Origin: Alphaproteobacteria bacterium
GTDB lineage: Bacteria; Pseudomonadota; Alphaproteobacteria; Rhodospirillales; Rhodospirillaceae
Direction of reading: 5' to 3'
Length of the DNA stretch: 60,488 nucleotides
Assembly (NCBI GenBank): GCA_031362385.1
Contig: JANLSL010000273.1
Coordinates: forward strand, 1 to 60,488
The notes under the pieces were generated by a model. It saw only the letters and a list, made by a program, of their open reading frames with translations, made no database searches and was not told the origin of the DNA. The first letter of the stretch is position 1; the number at the start of each line of letters is the position of its first letter. Made by a program: the position numbers and the translations under genes. Positions 19,001-28,173 of the stretch are shown piece after piece.

Positions 19001-19518
19001 TGCCGATTCGCACGGAATGAATTAGTGAGAGCACCGTTGACGGTCGTTCCCGATCGCTGCGACTGAACCAGCCGGTCTGTCGCCGACTTGGCTTGGTTCA
19101 ACTCGGCTTCAAGACGCTCATGCGCAATGGCAGTCTTGTTTGCCGCAACGGCAAGTTCTTCTGATTCGCGGGCTGCGGCAGACGCGCCCTGTGCCATCTG
19201 GCGATATTCTTCGGATGGATTGGCAGCGGCGACACGGCGCGCGGCTTCGGCGATCTCGCGTTGAGCAATCGCCAAGGCTTTGGCGTCGTCTGCGGCCCGA
19301 CGATATGATGCGGAATCGATTTCGAGCGACCCACCTGCGTTGCGGGGAATGGCGAGAGCGCTCTGGGCGAGGGCTTTGACGTCATTGAATGCTGACGTGA
19401 AGGTTTGGCGGTAGCGATCTGCGGACTGCTTAAACGCCTGTTCGAGTGCGGGGAACGCATTGCCGCTGGGATCATATTCGGCGCGCAGGATTGCCGGAAA
19501 GACGTTCGATCCTGCCAC
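16012..19518 (-). CDS. Tail tape measure protein (1168 aa) with internal M15-like peptidase segment
   Basis: Size, Ala/Gln-rich coiled coils, Gly-rich hydrophobic segments (GSIVGGILGGVVGGLF), position after the chaperone genes; GTG start. Confidence 0.9.
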   Translation of the reverse strand: MAGSNVFPAILRAEYDPSGNAFPALEQAFKQSADRYRQTFTSAFNDVKALAQSALAIPRNAGGSLEIDSASYRRAADDAKALAIAQREIAEAARRVAAANPSEEYRQMAQGASAAARESEELAVAANKTAIAHERLEAELNQAKSATDRLVQSQRSGTTVNGALTNSFRANRQATTQAGQQLQDIVISLGSGQRASTVFAQQLPQLGFAISGASGKFGEFGRFLAGPWGVAVAVGGFALGGLVDKLFTSGDAADKTKNKTITLADAFGKLKIGTDESRKALEEYNSEQDRARKSTEDMIKLNLASAEARLKDALATREQLKARLEAAFRTTGGGPFGGEARTGAAVGEASTALAQNQSSIDLIAKTIGNLRIQDAVRDAKAAVDPIRAINDRYDDMAAAATRAAAGNDTLTKSLKGTLTGYELQRKAAVDAANEANKARTGSTDFTEGTLQSNKLALARFESELNKRGIFKAAGRTTFRTAADQNEIFKQGLTPLDGFKKRSPHQDYRALDPGVGKDNLTGAYAAAAAAGLKGFQIVKESGGRIHYQFKSATTDMQAFQEAEKDAADAAKELARDLDAVLKTFDPATSAAADYADQLATIARLSAAGVISGEQASQFRVAASLNNFDAEQDQFERAMQDTFERLGPKWQDALKTPFETGSDFMQVAEESMRKLAETLGLALSREGEQALNSIADLFGGRVARLLESLSRSARPGDSVNSVLNSVGAGKKEFNDALKNGLNSIFNKVFSSAGPFAKTLGSVLAGAQTGQASATIFQSITGGKSSKAGSQIGGALGEVAGKAIFSKLGAFAGPLGSIVGGILGGVVGGLFKKTPKGTATISNTGVSYTGSGSLKSGLTQLGTGVNSSLAGIADQLGGTVGNYSASITQKKKKFFVNGQKFTDEAEASRAVLLAAINQGAVQGIRQGAQNLLRAGTDIEKQLSKAVKFQDVFKQLKRIKDPIGAALDDLFLEFTTLKSIFTEASASAAEFAQLEELYGLKRAEAIKQATEQFTGALQSLIDDLKTGDNGLSLRDRLSNARALFDPLANDVRAGKTVDYDKFADNARLLIDIQRQLSGSTNDYFATFNEVLGLSQQALAGQQNVVSIASASNSPFTTPTNANTPVVTAINQQTTDLAAYLAAMNGNLGNILGYMQAASGAGGGYRQYAIYNF

Positions 19519-20223
19519 CTAGATTCCTTTCTGCAATTCATTGTTGACCATCTCGCCAACGCGAGCGGCATGTGTTCGCATGATCGCTTCGACATCGACA
19601 CGTTGTTCGCGCCGTGTTCTCGGGATGCCGATAAACGCGACGATAAATTCCTTCGCGCGCTGGCCTTTGCGCAGCCCGCCGCCCTTTTTGCGCGACTTCG
19701 CCGAGCGCGCCTTGCCAGCCTCATTCACACTGGCATTCTTCACAACAAGCAACGGCCTGCCATTGATATTGGGCACGAAGATCAGCGGCCCGATCTTGGA
19801 TTCAAAGCCCTTGGCGCGGTAGAGTTCCGGCGTCATCTTCATTCGGCCTGCCCGCTTGGGAATTTCATCGGTGGCGAACCAGAGATAACGGCCCTTCACC
19901 GGGAGAATTTCGGCGCCCTCGGTATAGGATTTGATCGCCCCTACCGTGCGTTCGTTCTTTGTCTTGATCGCCAGACCGCCAGATGCCGAAAAGGCTTCCT
20001 TGCCCCGCCTGAACACCTTGCCTTTTGTGAGATCGGAGAATTGACCGATGGCTTTGCTGTAGCGACCGAGGTCGCTACCAGCGAAGGACGCGCGAACGTC
20101 TTTAAGCGCGTCCTTCGATGCGCGATCGGTTGCGACCAGCGCGGCCCGTTCAAGCCGCTGGATTGAAAAGCGGCGGAAGTCATCGACCAACCCTTTGGGG
20201 AAGGTGAGGCCGGTTCGGATCAC
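19519..20223 (-). CDS. Hypothetical tail-module protein (234 aa)
   Basis: GTG start overlapping the stop of the -1 frame ORF (GTGA); lies between the chaperone genes and the tape measure. Confidence 0.7.
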   Translation of the reverse strand: MIRTGLTFPKGLVDDFRRFSIQRLERAALVATDRASKDALKDVRASFAGSDLGRYSKAIGQFSDLTKGKVFRRGKEAFSASGGLAIKTKNERTVGAIKSYTEGAEILPVKGRYLWFATDEIPKRAGRMKMTPELYRAKGFESKIGPLIFVPNINGRPLLVVKNASVNEAGKARSAKSRKKGGGLRKGQRAKEFIVAFIGIPRTRREQRVDVEAIMRTHAARVGEMVNNELQKGI

Positions 20224-21163
20224 GATTGCCTCTCGTAGAAGCGCGCGAACGTCCGGATCATGTTGAAGGCGGCGATCATCTTGACCGGCTGATCAAGTAA
20301 TGCGCCACCATCAGGAAACGAAGGCGCACTCATCCCGCCTTCACACATACGGCAAAGGCGCACGAGCGAGAGCATGTCATCGGTTACGAGGTCACGAGGG
20401 TTTTCTGTTTCGAACTCGTGGAATGCTTCGGCTCCGTTGATTTTTCCCCTGTAGATGCGCCACCCACCGTTGGCGCTTCCGACGTCTGGGTCGAAGGCTC
20501 CTGGTTCGAAGAAACAGGCGATGGCGCAGGCGAGTTTTTTTCCTCATCCTCAGTCAAGCGAAGCAATCGGAAAGCCTCGCCGCACAGTTGCAGGAAGGCC
20601 ATACCAACCGGCCCAGCCTCCTCAACCTTGTCGGCAATCGCGGTCGCCTCGATCTCGCCAAGCAGTTTTTCAACCGCGTATATCGTGTCGATGGGAACGA
20701 AGCCACCGTCGAGTTTGAAGGGCATGTCAAAGCGTTTCCAGCCTGATAGGTAGAGCGCAAGCGCCACCTTGGGAGCGTCGGACTGGAACTCGGTGCGGTC
20801 GGCAGCCATCACCCGCAAGGATTTTCGGTTGCGCAACACTGTTTCGACCAACTCGGAAGCCCAATCCCTGTCTTCGTCGCTGATCTCAATATCCTGGTTT
20901 CGTGCCACAATGATGCTTTCATAGCGCGTTGCCATCGGCGCTGCATCTTCTGCGGACCAGAGCTCGCCGATCGCTTTCACGATGGCGGCGTGCAGATCCT
21001 CATCCGAACTATAGTTGAGCCCTTCCTCGGCAATCAGGCGGCGATAGGTCCGCATGTCGCGTTCGGTTGCAGGGCGCAGGCGAAACACGGGTGCGTCGCC
21101 AATGTTTTTCAGAGATTCGGGGGTGAAGTCCAGAATCTCTGATCGTTCTACGGGAACGACCAT
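20220..21163 (-). CDS. Predicted -1 frameshift extension product (GT-like chaperone)
   Basis: The -1 frame is open from the slippery site at 20540-20534 to the TGA at 20222-20220 (hand translated: ...LACAIACFFEPGAFDPDVGSANGGWRIYRGKING...MIRTFARFYERQS). Confidence 0.5.
20384..21163 (-). CDS. Tail assembly chaperone, G-like (259 aa)
   Basis: Sits between the major tail and tape measure genes; acidic; slippery heptamer about 50 codons before its stop. Confidence 0.6.
   Translation of the reverse strand: MVVPVERSEILDFTPESLKNIGDAPVFRLRPATERDMRTYRRLIAEEGLNYSSDEDLHAAIVKAIGELWSAEDAAPMATRYESIIVARNQDIEISDEDRDWASELVETVLRNRKSLRVMAADRTEFQSDAPKVALALYLSGWKRFDMPFKLDGGFVPIDTIYAVEKLLGEIEATAIADKVEEAGPVGMAFLQLCGEAFRLLRLTEDEEKNSPAPSPVSSNQEPSTQTSEAPTVGGASTGEKSTEPKHSTSSKQKTLVTS
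20534..20540 (-). promoter_or_regulatory. Slippery heptamer A_AAA_AAC
   Basis: Zero-frame reading is GAA AAA AAC, which fits X_XXY_YYZ. Confidence 0.5.
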
Positions 21164-21188
21164 GAGATTTTCCTTTCAGATAAATGGC

Positions 21189-22391
21189 TTAGTAGAGGAC
21201 CGGGAACGTGATGCTGAGAGCCTTATCCATCCCGTCAATCCACGAATCGCCTTGGGTGGTGATGAAATCCTGTCCCTCTTGCGTGGACCGATAGTTGAAC
21301 CGTTGCTGGTCGATCATCACACCCATATAGTTGCCCGCTGCCAGCCCCCAGAAGAACTGCGACGCCCATTGCGACTGCGCGAGCGCGAGCGCGTTGAAAT
21401 CGACCACGGTGCGCGCGACCTTGTAGAGTTCATAGGACGCGGCGCGCTTCGATTCGACCACAACCCCAGCATCATAACCTTCGGTCTGGTTCGGGTTGCT
21501 CGGATAGCCTGAGCGCAGGCCGAGATCGATCGTGACCGATGAACCGCCAATCTGCACATGAGCGATGTCCTGACGCCCGTTGCGCATCGGGGGAATTGCG
21601 GTCGAGATGGTGACGGCTGGTGCTGCTTCGTTCGCTTCACTGACAAGCGTGCCCGAAAACGATCCGGTCAATTTGCAATAACTGTCGCTCCCGTCGCGGC
21701 CTGCCGTGACAAGTTGGATGGTCGCAGCGGTCGGGCGCATATCGGCAAAATTGAGCCTGTGTCCGTCTTCCCAGACCGTGATCGACGCGCCTGCGACCGG
21801 ATCGACAATCGAACTGGTATAGGCGAGTTGCTGCGGAATGGTGTAGTTTCCGGTGGCAGAAAAGCCAGTATGAAGCCGCGCGAGAGTGGCGACTTTCGAT
21901 GCCTGATAATCGCGGATCATGGCGAAGCCGCCCGGAGCCGCTGCAACGCTGGCGAAGTTCACAACGAGACCCTTGTAAAGCTGCAATGTGCCGGCTGCGG
22001 TTGCGCCAAGGGTCGCGGCTGTGGTTGTGCCGGCCGAATAGGCTTCCGATGCAATGCCGGTGGTGAAGCGGTTTTCGGTGAAGCCCCACTGTTGCAGGAT
22101 GCGGCCGGGTAGGAAGGCGTTGGCAGCCGGAACGGCGTTATTGCCGATGCCGTGGATCAGCCATTCGAAATCAACGCTCCACGTCGCGCCGATCAGGATT
22201 TCACCTGGACGGTGGATCGAGCCGGTATAGCGCGGATCTGTCGATGTTATCGCGTTGGGCGAATAGGATACGCTTGAGACGTCAATGCAGTCCGCCGAAG
22301 TGATAGTGACAGGCGTGCCGGGAGTGGATTGGTTTGCAAATCCCATCGCTTTTTTGCGGGAGATCGAAGGTGCGTTTACGGGACCAGCCAT
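21189..22391 (-). CDS. Major tail protein (400 aa)
   Basis: Position between the head-tail connector genes and the chaperone pair; beta-rich; no sheath or baseplate genes present. Confidence 0.6.
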   Translation of the reverse strand: MAGPVNAPSISRKKAMGFANQSTPGTPVTITSADCIDVSSVSYSPNAITSTDPRYTGSIHRPGEILIGATWSVDFEWLIHGIGNNAVPAANAFLPGRILQQWGFTENRFTTGIASEAYSAGTTTAATLGATAAGTLQLYKGLVVNFASVAAAPGGFAMIRDYQASKVATLARLHTGFSATGNYTIPQQLAYTSSIVDPVAGASITVWEDGHRLNFADMRPTAATIQLVTAGRDGSDSYCKLTGSFSGTLVSEANEAAPAVTISTAIPPMRNGRQDIAHVQIGGSSVTIDLGLRSGYPSNPNQTEGYDAGVVVESKRAASYELYKVARTVVDFNALALAQSQWASQFFWGLAAGNYMGVMIDQQRFNYRSTQEGQDFITTQGDSWIDGMDKALSITFPVLY

Positions 22392-22397
22392 GAGTGA

Positions 22398-22589
22398 TTA
22401 CTCCTTGATAGAGGTTTTTGAAGGGGTGGTTTCAACCGGCTTTTCGGGTTTGCCGGGTTGGGTTGCTATGGCGATTGCGATTGCTTCCTCGCCCGCCGTT
22501 CCTGCGATGCACTCGGCGGCAAGCACACCAAGGTCGATCGATACAGGTGGAAGCGGTGGGAGTTCAGCGGTCGTTTTCGGTAATGCCAT
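22398..22589 (-). CDS. Hypothetical small protein (63 aa)
   Basis: ORF in operon context. Confidence 0.4.
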   Translation of the reverse strand: MALPKTTAELPPLPPVSIDLGVLAAECIAGTAGEEAIAIAIATQPGKPEKPVETTPSKTSIKE

Positions 22590-22603
22590 GAGTGGAAAGT
22601 CCT

Positions 22604-23089
22604 TTATGCGACAAGGCCGTTCTGGCCTGCAATGGTGCGGAAATCGTTGATCGGCGTGAGATAGGTCATGCGGTATTGGAGCGTCGTTTCACCTTGGTCC
22701 GACAATTCCATGTCCGCCCCGCTGCTCCCCATCGAAACCGGCAAGGCGTCCTGCAACAGTTCGCCTATAGTGCCTGCGGTTGAGGTTCTGGCAGCGATGC
22801 GCGCGACAATATCAGCGGCGATCTCGGCCTGTTTCTTGTCGATCGTGAGGGTTGTGCTTGAGCGCGTCACAACGTCAAACATGATGGCAGCGGAGTGAAG
22901 CCAGCCCGAATAACCGAAAACATCGTAATCTGTTTGCTGGCACCGGATGTTGACCGTTGGCAATTCCTCATCGTGATATGGTTGGTCGAACGCGCGATCG
23001 AGCGTGATTGTAACGCCCGATCCGATGTTGCCGGTGAGCCATGTCAGCAAGGTATTTTTGACCTTGGTGATTGCCGCCTCGCCAGCCAT
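22604..23089 (-). CDS. Head-tail connector / tail completion protein (161 aa)
   Basis: Position only. Confidence 0.5.
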   Translation of the reverse strand: MAGEAAITKVKNTLLTWLTGNIGSGVTITLDRAFDQPYHDEELPTVNIRCQQTDYDVFGYSGWLHSAAIMFDVVTRSSTTLTIDKKQAEIAADIVARIAARTSTAGTIGELLQDALPVSMGSSGADMELSDQGETTLQYRMTYLTPINDFRTIAGQNGLVA

Positions 23090-23418
23090 TACGAACGGAC
23101 CAGTTTGAGAAGGATGATCCAGCCGCGCCCGCTCGGGGTGTTGAGCCAGTCCTTCGGGTTATAGGTTTTTCCCAGCCTTGGCAGCGTGATTGTATCGGTC
23201 GCAGCGACAACGGGAACGGCGGTCTTGAACACCTCCATCACAATGTCCTGTGCCGTGATCTGGACGCCCGCAAAAGCGTCTGTCTTGTCGGTGTGATCGA
23301 CAAAGGCCATGATTGACTGCGGCAGCAGGTTGGCGAGTTTATAGGTCACAGGGTCGCCCAAAACCTCCACCGATGTCTCGTCGAGTTCATCGGTGAAGGT
23401 TTCAAGTTCCAGCGCCAT
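23089..23418 (-). CDS. Head-tail connector protein (109 aa)
   Basis: Position only; TAATG coupling. Confidence 0.5.
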   Translation of the reverse strand: MALELETFTDELDETSVEVLGDPVTYKLANLLPQSIMAFVDHTDKTDAFAGVQITAQDIVMEVFKTAVPVVAATDTITLPRLGKTYNPKDWLNTPSGRGWIILLKLVRS

Positions 23419-23420
23419 TA

Positions 23421-23651
23421 TCAGGCGACCGGCGCTTCTTCAGTGGACGCGCCGCCCTTGGGTGCTTTTTTTCCCGAGCTACCAGCTTCAGCGATGTTAC
23501 CCGCCTCTACCAGTTGAGCAATCGCCCGCACAGGAACGAGTGGGTCCGTTGCTTTGTCATCAGAGGAATCGGGATCGCCGTGGACGATCCCGTATCCTGA
23601 CACAAACAGCGAGAAAGCCTGAAGGGCTTTGCATTTGACTGTTTCTGTCAT
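23421..23651 (-). CDS. Hypothetical head-module protein (76 aa)
   Basis: ATG at 23651, 2 nt after the capsid stop; the longer track ORF would overlap the capsid gene. Confidence 0.45.
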   Translation of the reverse strand: MTETVKCKALQAFSLFVSGYGIVHGDPDSSDDKATDPLVPVRAIAQLVEAGNIAEAGSSGKKAPKGGASTEEAPVA

Positions 23652-23653
23652 CG

Positions 23654-24679
23654 TTACGCGCCCGAACGACCCTGCAACAGTGCCTGCGGAGCAACGCACA
23701 TGTGCAGAGGATATGAGGCAACGTCGATTTCGACGAACTCATTGTAGCCCGAAGGATCGAGAACGACCTTCGAATACATGGTTTGCCCAAGCGTGTTGAC
23801 GACCGCGAAATCCTCGCCCGGAGCATAGACGCTCTGGAAGACATCGGGGATGCCAACCGGAATGAACCGGCACTTGGTATCCGCAATGATCGCCGTGGTG
23901 TTGTCGTCGGTTCCACGGTAGTTATACCACTCAACCCCGCCATAACGGAACATCCCGAAGGCATTGCCTTCACGAAGGTCGGCGGCGGCCGTCCAGTTGA
24001 GATAGGTCGCCTTGATTTCAGCATTTTCCGTCAATGTGTCGAAGAATGCGTCGCCGCACAGTGCAACAATCCGTGCGCCAGGAACCCATCGCCCACCAAG
24101 CGCGCGCATCATCGGACGAACAACATTCGTCTGGATGAACGAGCGAACACTTGTGCGCGCGGCCCAATTGAAGCCGATTTCAGTTGGCGGTGTCACCCCG
24201 AACTCGGTGTAGAAGTTGCGGATCGTGGTCGAACCGTCAGAGTCCAGAACGATGCCGTTAATCGCGCCGAGACGGTGATATTCATGCGTCAGGTTGAGCC
24301 GACGAATGAGTTTCGACTGGCGGGTCGCCACGACGGCCTGCATCGCTTCGGTTTCGGTTTCCTTGCCGAAGGCCCGCACACCCTGAATTTCAGCGGCGCG
24401 CAGCGTGTCCACCTGACGCAGACGCACGGCCGAGAAATCGCGCATGGTCCGACGATCACGACCGATGGTTGTGCGCGGCGCGGCGCGTTCAGTTGTGGGA
24501 ACGAGGGCAAGCGTTCCATCGCCGACCATTTCGATCTGGAATCGCTCGGTCGTGGAGGGAACGGGGGTGAAGATGCCGAGGCTTTCGAGAAAGCTGGGCA
24601 CGGTTTTGATGTCCGCAATCGCGTTCGTCATCGAGATGATGTTGAAGGCGTCGGAACGAAAGACGTCCATTGTAGCCAT
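23654..24679 (-). CDS. Major capsid protein, lambda gpE family
   Basis: 341 aa; N-terminus MATMDVFRSDAFNIISMTNAI...VPSFL typical of the capsid E family; follows a gpD-like gene. Confidence 0.9.
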   Translation of the reverse strand: MATMDVFRSDAFNIISMTNAIADIKTVPSFLESLGIFTPVPSTTERFQIEMVGDGTLALVPTTERAAPRTTIGRDRRTMRDFSAVRLRQVDTLRAAEIQGVRAFGKETETEAMQAVVATRQSKLIRRLNLTHEYHRLGAINGIVLDSDGSTTIRNFYTEFGVTPPTEIGFNWAARTSVRSFIQTNVVRPMMRALGGRWVPGARIVALCGDAFFDTLTENAEIKATYLNWTAAADLREGNAFGMFRYGGVEWYNYRGTDDNTTAIIADTKCRFIPVGIPDVFQSVYAPGEDFAVVNTLGQTMYSKVVLDPSGYNEFVEIDVASYPLHMCVAPQALLQGRSGA

Positions 24680-24716
24680 TGTGTTTTTCCTTTGATTGAA
24701 TGGGAATCAGCCGCGA

Positions 24717-25097
24717 TCAGCGAACCTTGATGCCGCGCGCCAGAAGGTTGGCAATCGCAGTCGTGGTCTGCGGGCCAGTGATGCCACCTGGATAGACCAG
24801 CACCTTGCCATTGACCTCGACGGCCACACCTTCGGCGCTGCCAAGAATGATAGCCGTGCGCTTGTCAGCGGCCGTTGCATCCGTTTTCTGGCAAAGGATT
24901 GCGGCTGCGACCTCTTCGCCAGTGACCGCAGCGGGTGCGAGAATGGTGTATTTGCCAGAGGCGGTGATCTTGCCGAGGACGGTGCCAGCTTCAAGATTCT
25001 GGCCCGTGATGAGGGTCACTTGCTCGCGAGCGAAATCGCCATTGTTTTCCGAAATCAGGAACTCAAGGGCGCGCGACTTTTCGGTGAGTGTCGTCAT
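24717..25097 (-). CDS. Head decoration protein, lambda gpD-like
   Basis: 126 aa; ...SENNGDFAREQVTL..GQNLEAGTVLGKIT.SGKY pattern; position before the capsid E gene. Confidence 0.8.
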   Translation of the reverse strand: MTTLTEKSRALEFLISENNGDFAREQVTLITGQNLEAGTVLGKITASGKYTILAPAAVTGEEVAAAILCQKTDATAADKRTAIILGSAEGVAVEVNGKVLVYPGGITGPQTTTAIANLLARGIKVR

Positions 25098-25112
25098 TGT
25101 GAAAGTCCTTTC

Positions 25113-25598
25113 TTAAAAACCGTTGCGCTTGTTGACTGAAGCCGTTGCCTTCTTCCATCCGGCGTCAGAATCGTCCGCCTTCTGTTCGCCACCGGCAGGT
25201 GTAATTTCAGGGTTTGGATTGGCCTCGATCTGAGCCAGCATCCGGTTTCCCACTTCACTTTCGTCGGCATTGGGAGCAGCAACACTTTGCGCTGCGACCA
25301 ACTTGACGATGGCTTCGGCGCTCAGGGCATCGAACTCGGAATCGCCGAGAAGCGAGGCTGCAAAGCCTTCCTTGCCTTTAACCGCATCGGCGGCAAAAAC
25401 CGTCTTCATACGGGCATTGAGATCGACTGAGGAAACCGCGACCAGCGGCGTCGCCAGATTTTCGACTTTGATTATATCGGTCATTTCGTTTTCCTTTGTT
25501 GTGGAAAGGTTTGTTGCATCGTCGCCCTGAACCTCAGGGTTCGGAATTTCGGTTTGAGCGTGCGAGGCCAATCGCAGCCCTTCATAGGCTCCGTTCAT
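25113..25598 (-). CDS. Putative scaffold protein (161 aa)
   Basis: Acidic, Ala-rich; lies between the protease and decoration genes. Confidence 0.5.
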   Translation of the reverse strand: MNGAYEGLRLASHAQTEIPNPEVQGDDATNLSTTKENEMTDIIKVENLATPLVAVSSVDLNARMKTVFAADAVKGKEGFAASLLGDSEFDALSAEAIVKLVAAQSVAAPNADESEVGNRMLAQIEANPNPEITPAGGEQKADDSDAGWKKATASVNKRNGF

Positions 25599-25621
25599 CG
25601 GGCTATCCTTTGGTTTTGGCG

Positions 25622-26515
25622 CTAGATCGCGAGCGACTTGGCGCGGTTGAATATGGCTTCGAACGAGCCGATTCCGTCGATCAGGCCCATTTTCATGGCT
25701 TCGTCGCCTGTGAACCAGTCGCCCTCTTGGGCAAGCACGTCATCGGCGGGAATATTGCGGTTTGCTGCGACCATCTGGGCAAACTGGACACGGGTGTCTT
25801 CAACCCATGCCTGCAACTTGGCGAAGGTCGCCTTGTCAGCGCGTTCATATGGTCCACCACGCGCCTTGCGGTCGCCCGCTCTTATCATGGTGATCTCGAC
25901 GCCATCCTTGTCCATCGCACGAGTGAGATCGGCAAGCATTGTCCAGACGCCAATCGAGCCGACCATGCCGGTTTCTGGCATGTAGATTTCATCGCACGCC
26001 GAAGCAATCGCATAGCCTGCCGAGCAAGCCTGTTCATTCGCTGCGCCGATGATCGGCTTTCCACCACTGCGGCGTGATAGAAGGGAAATCTTGCGCGCGA
26101 GATCAAAGCATCCCGCAACCTCGCCACCAGGGCTGTCAATATCGAGCAAAATGCAGCGAACCATTGGATCACGGCTTGCTTCCGTCACTTTCCGGTCGAT
26201 CTGGTTATAGCCAACGGCGCCTGAATAGGGATCGATGCCGCCCACGCGCTGCATGAGCGAGCCCTGCACCGGGATAATCGCCACACCTTCAACCACATCG
26301 TAAAAACGGCTGGCGCGAACGGCGGGCTCATCGTCCAGTCCATCCATTGCCTGTTGCTTCAACTCGACCACACCGAGCGAAACTCCGTCGATGCGGTTAA
26401 GTTTGGCAACCCCAAAATGATCCATGAGTGCTGCTACAACGATCTCGCACTTTTCAGGGCGGAGCAAGAGTGGCGTGTTGAACAAACGCGACCCGACATA
26501 GGGATACAGGCTCAT
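25622..26515 (-). CDS. Prohead protease, peptidase S49 (lambda gpC-like)
   Basis: ILLDIDSPGGEV motif and the overall SppA/S49 pattern; ATGA coupling to the portal gene. Confidence 0.9.
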   Translation of the reverse strand: MSLYPYVGSRLFNTPLLLRPEKCEIVVAALMDHFGVAKLNRIDGVSLGVVELKQQAMDGLDDEPAVRASRFYDVVEGVAIIPVQGSLMQRVGGIDPYSGAVGYNQIDRKVTEASRDPMVRCILLDIDSPGGEVAGCFDLARKISLLSRRSGGKPIIGAANEQACSAGYAIASACDEIYMPETGMVGSIGVWTMLADLTRAMDKDGVEITMIRAGDRKARGGPYERADKATFAKLQAWVEDTRVQFAQMVAANRNIPADDVLAQEGDWFTGDEAMKMGLIDGIGSFEAIFNRAKSLAI

Positions 26516-28173
26516 TTGCTCGGGCCTCCATTTTCAGGCGAAACAGGGCCAGTCTGATCACCGTTGCCATCGCCGGGTTCTGTGGGGTCTGGCGGGCGGC
26601 CGGGGCCAGCCATTGATTGTGTTTCGGTCACATCTGTCAGCCCAAGTGATTTGAGCAGAGCGATTTCACGCGCCCGCTTCACAAGCGTCTGGCGTGGGTT
26701 GATACCCTTGTCAGCCGCGATAATCGCAAGCGTCGTCGTGTTCTGGCGCAACTCAAGGTCATTCGCTTCAGCTTCCTTCTTCGGATCGCCGGAGCCAGGT
26801 CCCGGACCCATCCATTCGCCTTGGCACATCTCGGGAGCCCATCGGTAGAAATTGGCAGGACCGCCCGGAACCTTGATCTCGCCGAGCGCCACCGCTTCTT
26901 CCATCCATGCCGCATAAAATGGTGTGGCAAATTCCTGCGTGAACAATTCCCTGTCTTCAAGGAACCCGCGCCACATTTCATTCTTCATCAGGCGCCCCGA
27001 TGAATAGTTTATGTCAGCCCAATTCTGCGAAAGGTGCGGATAGGAAAGGCCCATTGCGCCTGCGATCTTCCTGTCCTGCGCGCCCGCGAAATTCGGATAA
27101 TTTGCCGCTGGTCGCGCTGGTTGATTCATGTCGAACTTTTCGCCGGGCAGCAAATGCCCGACCTGCAAACCCGGAACGCGAACCTTTTGCTCTTTGCGAT
27201 AGTCAATAATCGTATTGAACCAACCGCTTGTAGATTCTTCGCTTCCAGGCGCAATCATGTCGCGCACGTCGCTTCCAGGCGCAGCGCTTGTTACAAATGC
27301 CGCCATCACCGCATTGAGCAAGGCTGCGTCCAGTTCCGCCTTGTCGTAGCGATCGGACATTTTGATCCGCTCCATTGCCGCCGCGAGGCGACTGACTCCA
27401 CGGCGTTGGTCAGCGCGATCCGCGCGAAACGCATGAATGAATTGTGGACGTCCCGTGCGCCCATAACGCTCAATCCTTGTCCATGTGAACCTGTCCGCAG
27501 TCGGCATAACCGAGGCCGGATGCGCGTTGCGGATATAGTAGGCCACAACCTCGCCGGTTGATTTCAGGATTTCCACGCCGCCAACGCATATATTCCCGTT
27601 TGCCAGCACGGTTTCATCTGGAATCTCTTGCGGATTGCTCAACCTGTCGGGGTCTATCAGTTTGATTGCCGTGGCGAATTTTCCACCGCGTTTCAAATTC
27701 ATCACCAACCCACACGCCTCGCCGTCGATCAACCAGTGCCGATAGCCTGTGCGCAGCATCTCGGGAAAGCGTGCCTTGCGGTCGGCATCGCAGCGCCGCC
27801 ACGGATCATTCGCCCAGACCCTAAACCTTGCCTCAACATCGGTTGCCCATTTGTCAGCCCATTCCGGCGTCCTGCCCATCGCCTCATAGTCGGGCTGCGC
27901 TTCAAGCCACATTCTTGCGCCAATGACACTTTCGCAAAGCCGGTCAATGCCGCCAGAGATCGTCGGATTGTTGCGGATCAGGTCTCGGGCTCGGGCGACG
28001 ATCTGGTCACGGCTTGAAAGAATTTCCTCTGCCGACGAAGCAATTGTTGGCGTCCATGCTCCGAGTTCGCGCGTATCGCTCCGTCCCGCATCATAGTGGC
28101 GGCCCCCAAACCCCATCAGCGCGGCAAGGCGCGGAAGGCCGGTTGCCGACATCAGGTTTGAAGCAACGCCCAT
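26512..28173 (-). CDS. Portal protein, lambda family
   Basis: 553 aa; position and sequence pattern of lambda-B-type portals. Confidence 0.9.
   Translation of the reverse strand: MGVASNLMSATGLPRLAALMGFGGRHYDAGRSDTRELGAWTPTIASSAEEILSSRDQIVARARDLIRNNPTISGGIDRLCESVIGARMWLEAQPDYEAMGRTPEWADKWATDVEARFRVWANDPWRRCDADRKARFPEMLRTGYRHWLIDGEACGLVMNLKRGGKFATAIKLIDPDRLSNPQEIPDETVLANGNICVGGVEILKSTGEVVAYYIRNAHPASVMPTADRFTWTRIERYGRTGRPQFIHAFRADRADQRRGVSRLAAAMERIKMSDRYDKAELDAALLNAVMAAFVTSAAPGSDVRDMIAPGSEESTSGWFNTIIDYRKEQKVRVPGLQVGHLLPGEKFDMNQPARPAANYPNFAGAQDRKIAGAMGLSYPHLSQNWADINYSSGRLMKNEMWRGFLEDRELFTQEFATPFYAAWMEEAVALGEIKVPGGPANFYRWAPEMCQGEWMGPGPGSGDPKKEAEANDLELRQNTTTLAIIAADKGINPRQTLVKRAREIALLKSLGLTDVTETQSMAGPGRPPDPTEPGDGNGDQTGPVSPENGGPSK

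Noticed and set aside
19098-20166. ORFs 19098..19724 (-) and 19405..20166 (+)
   Set aside because: They are out-of-frame or antisense shadows spanning the boundary between the tape measure and the 234-aa gene. Both real genes have consistent coupling signals.
23783-24730. 315-aa plus-strand ORF
   Set aside because: It is antisense to the confidently identified gpE-like major capsid gene.
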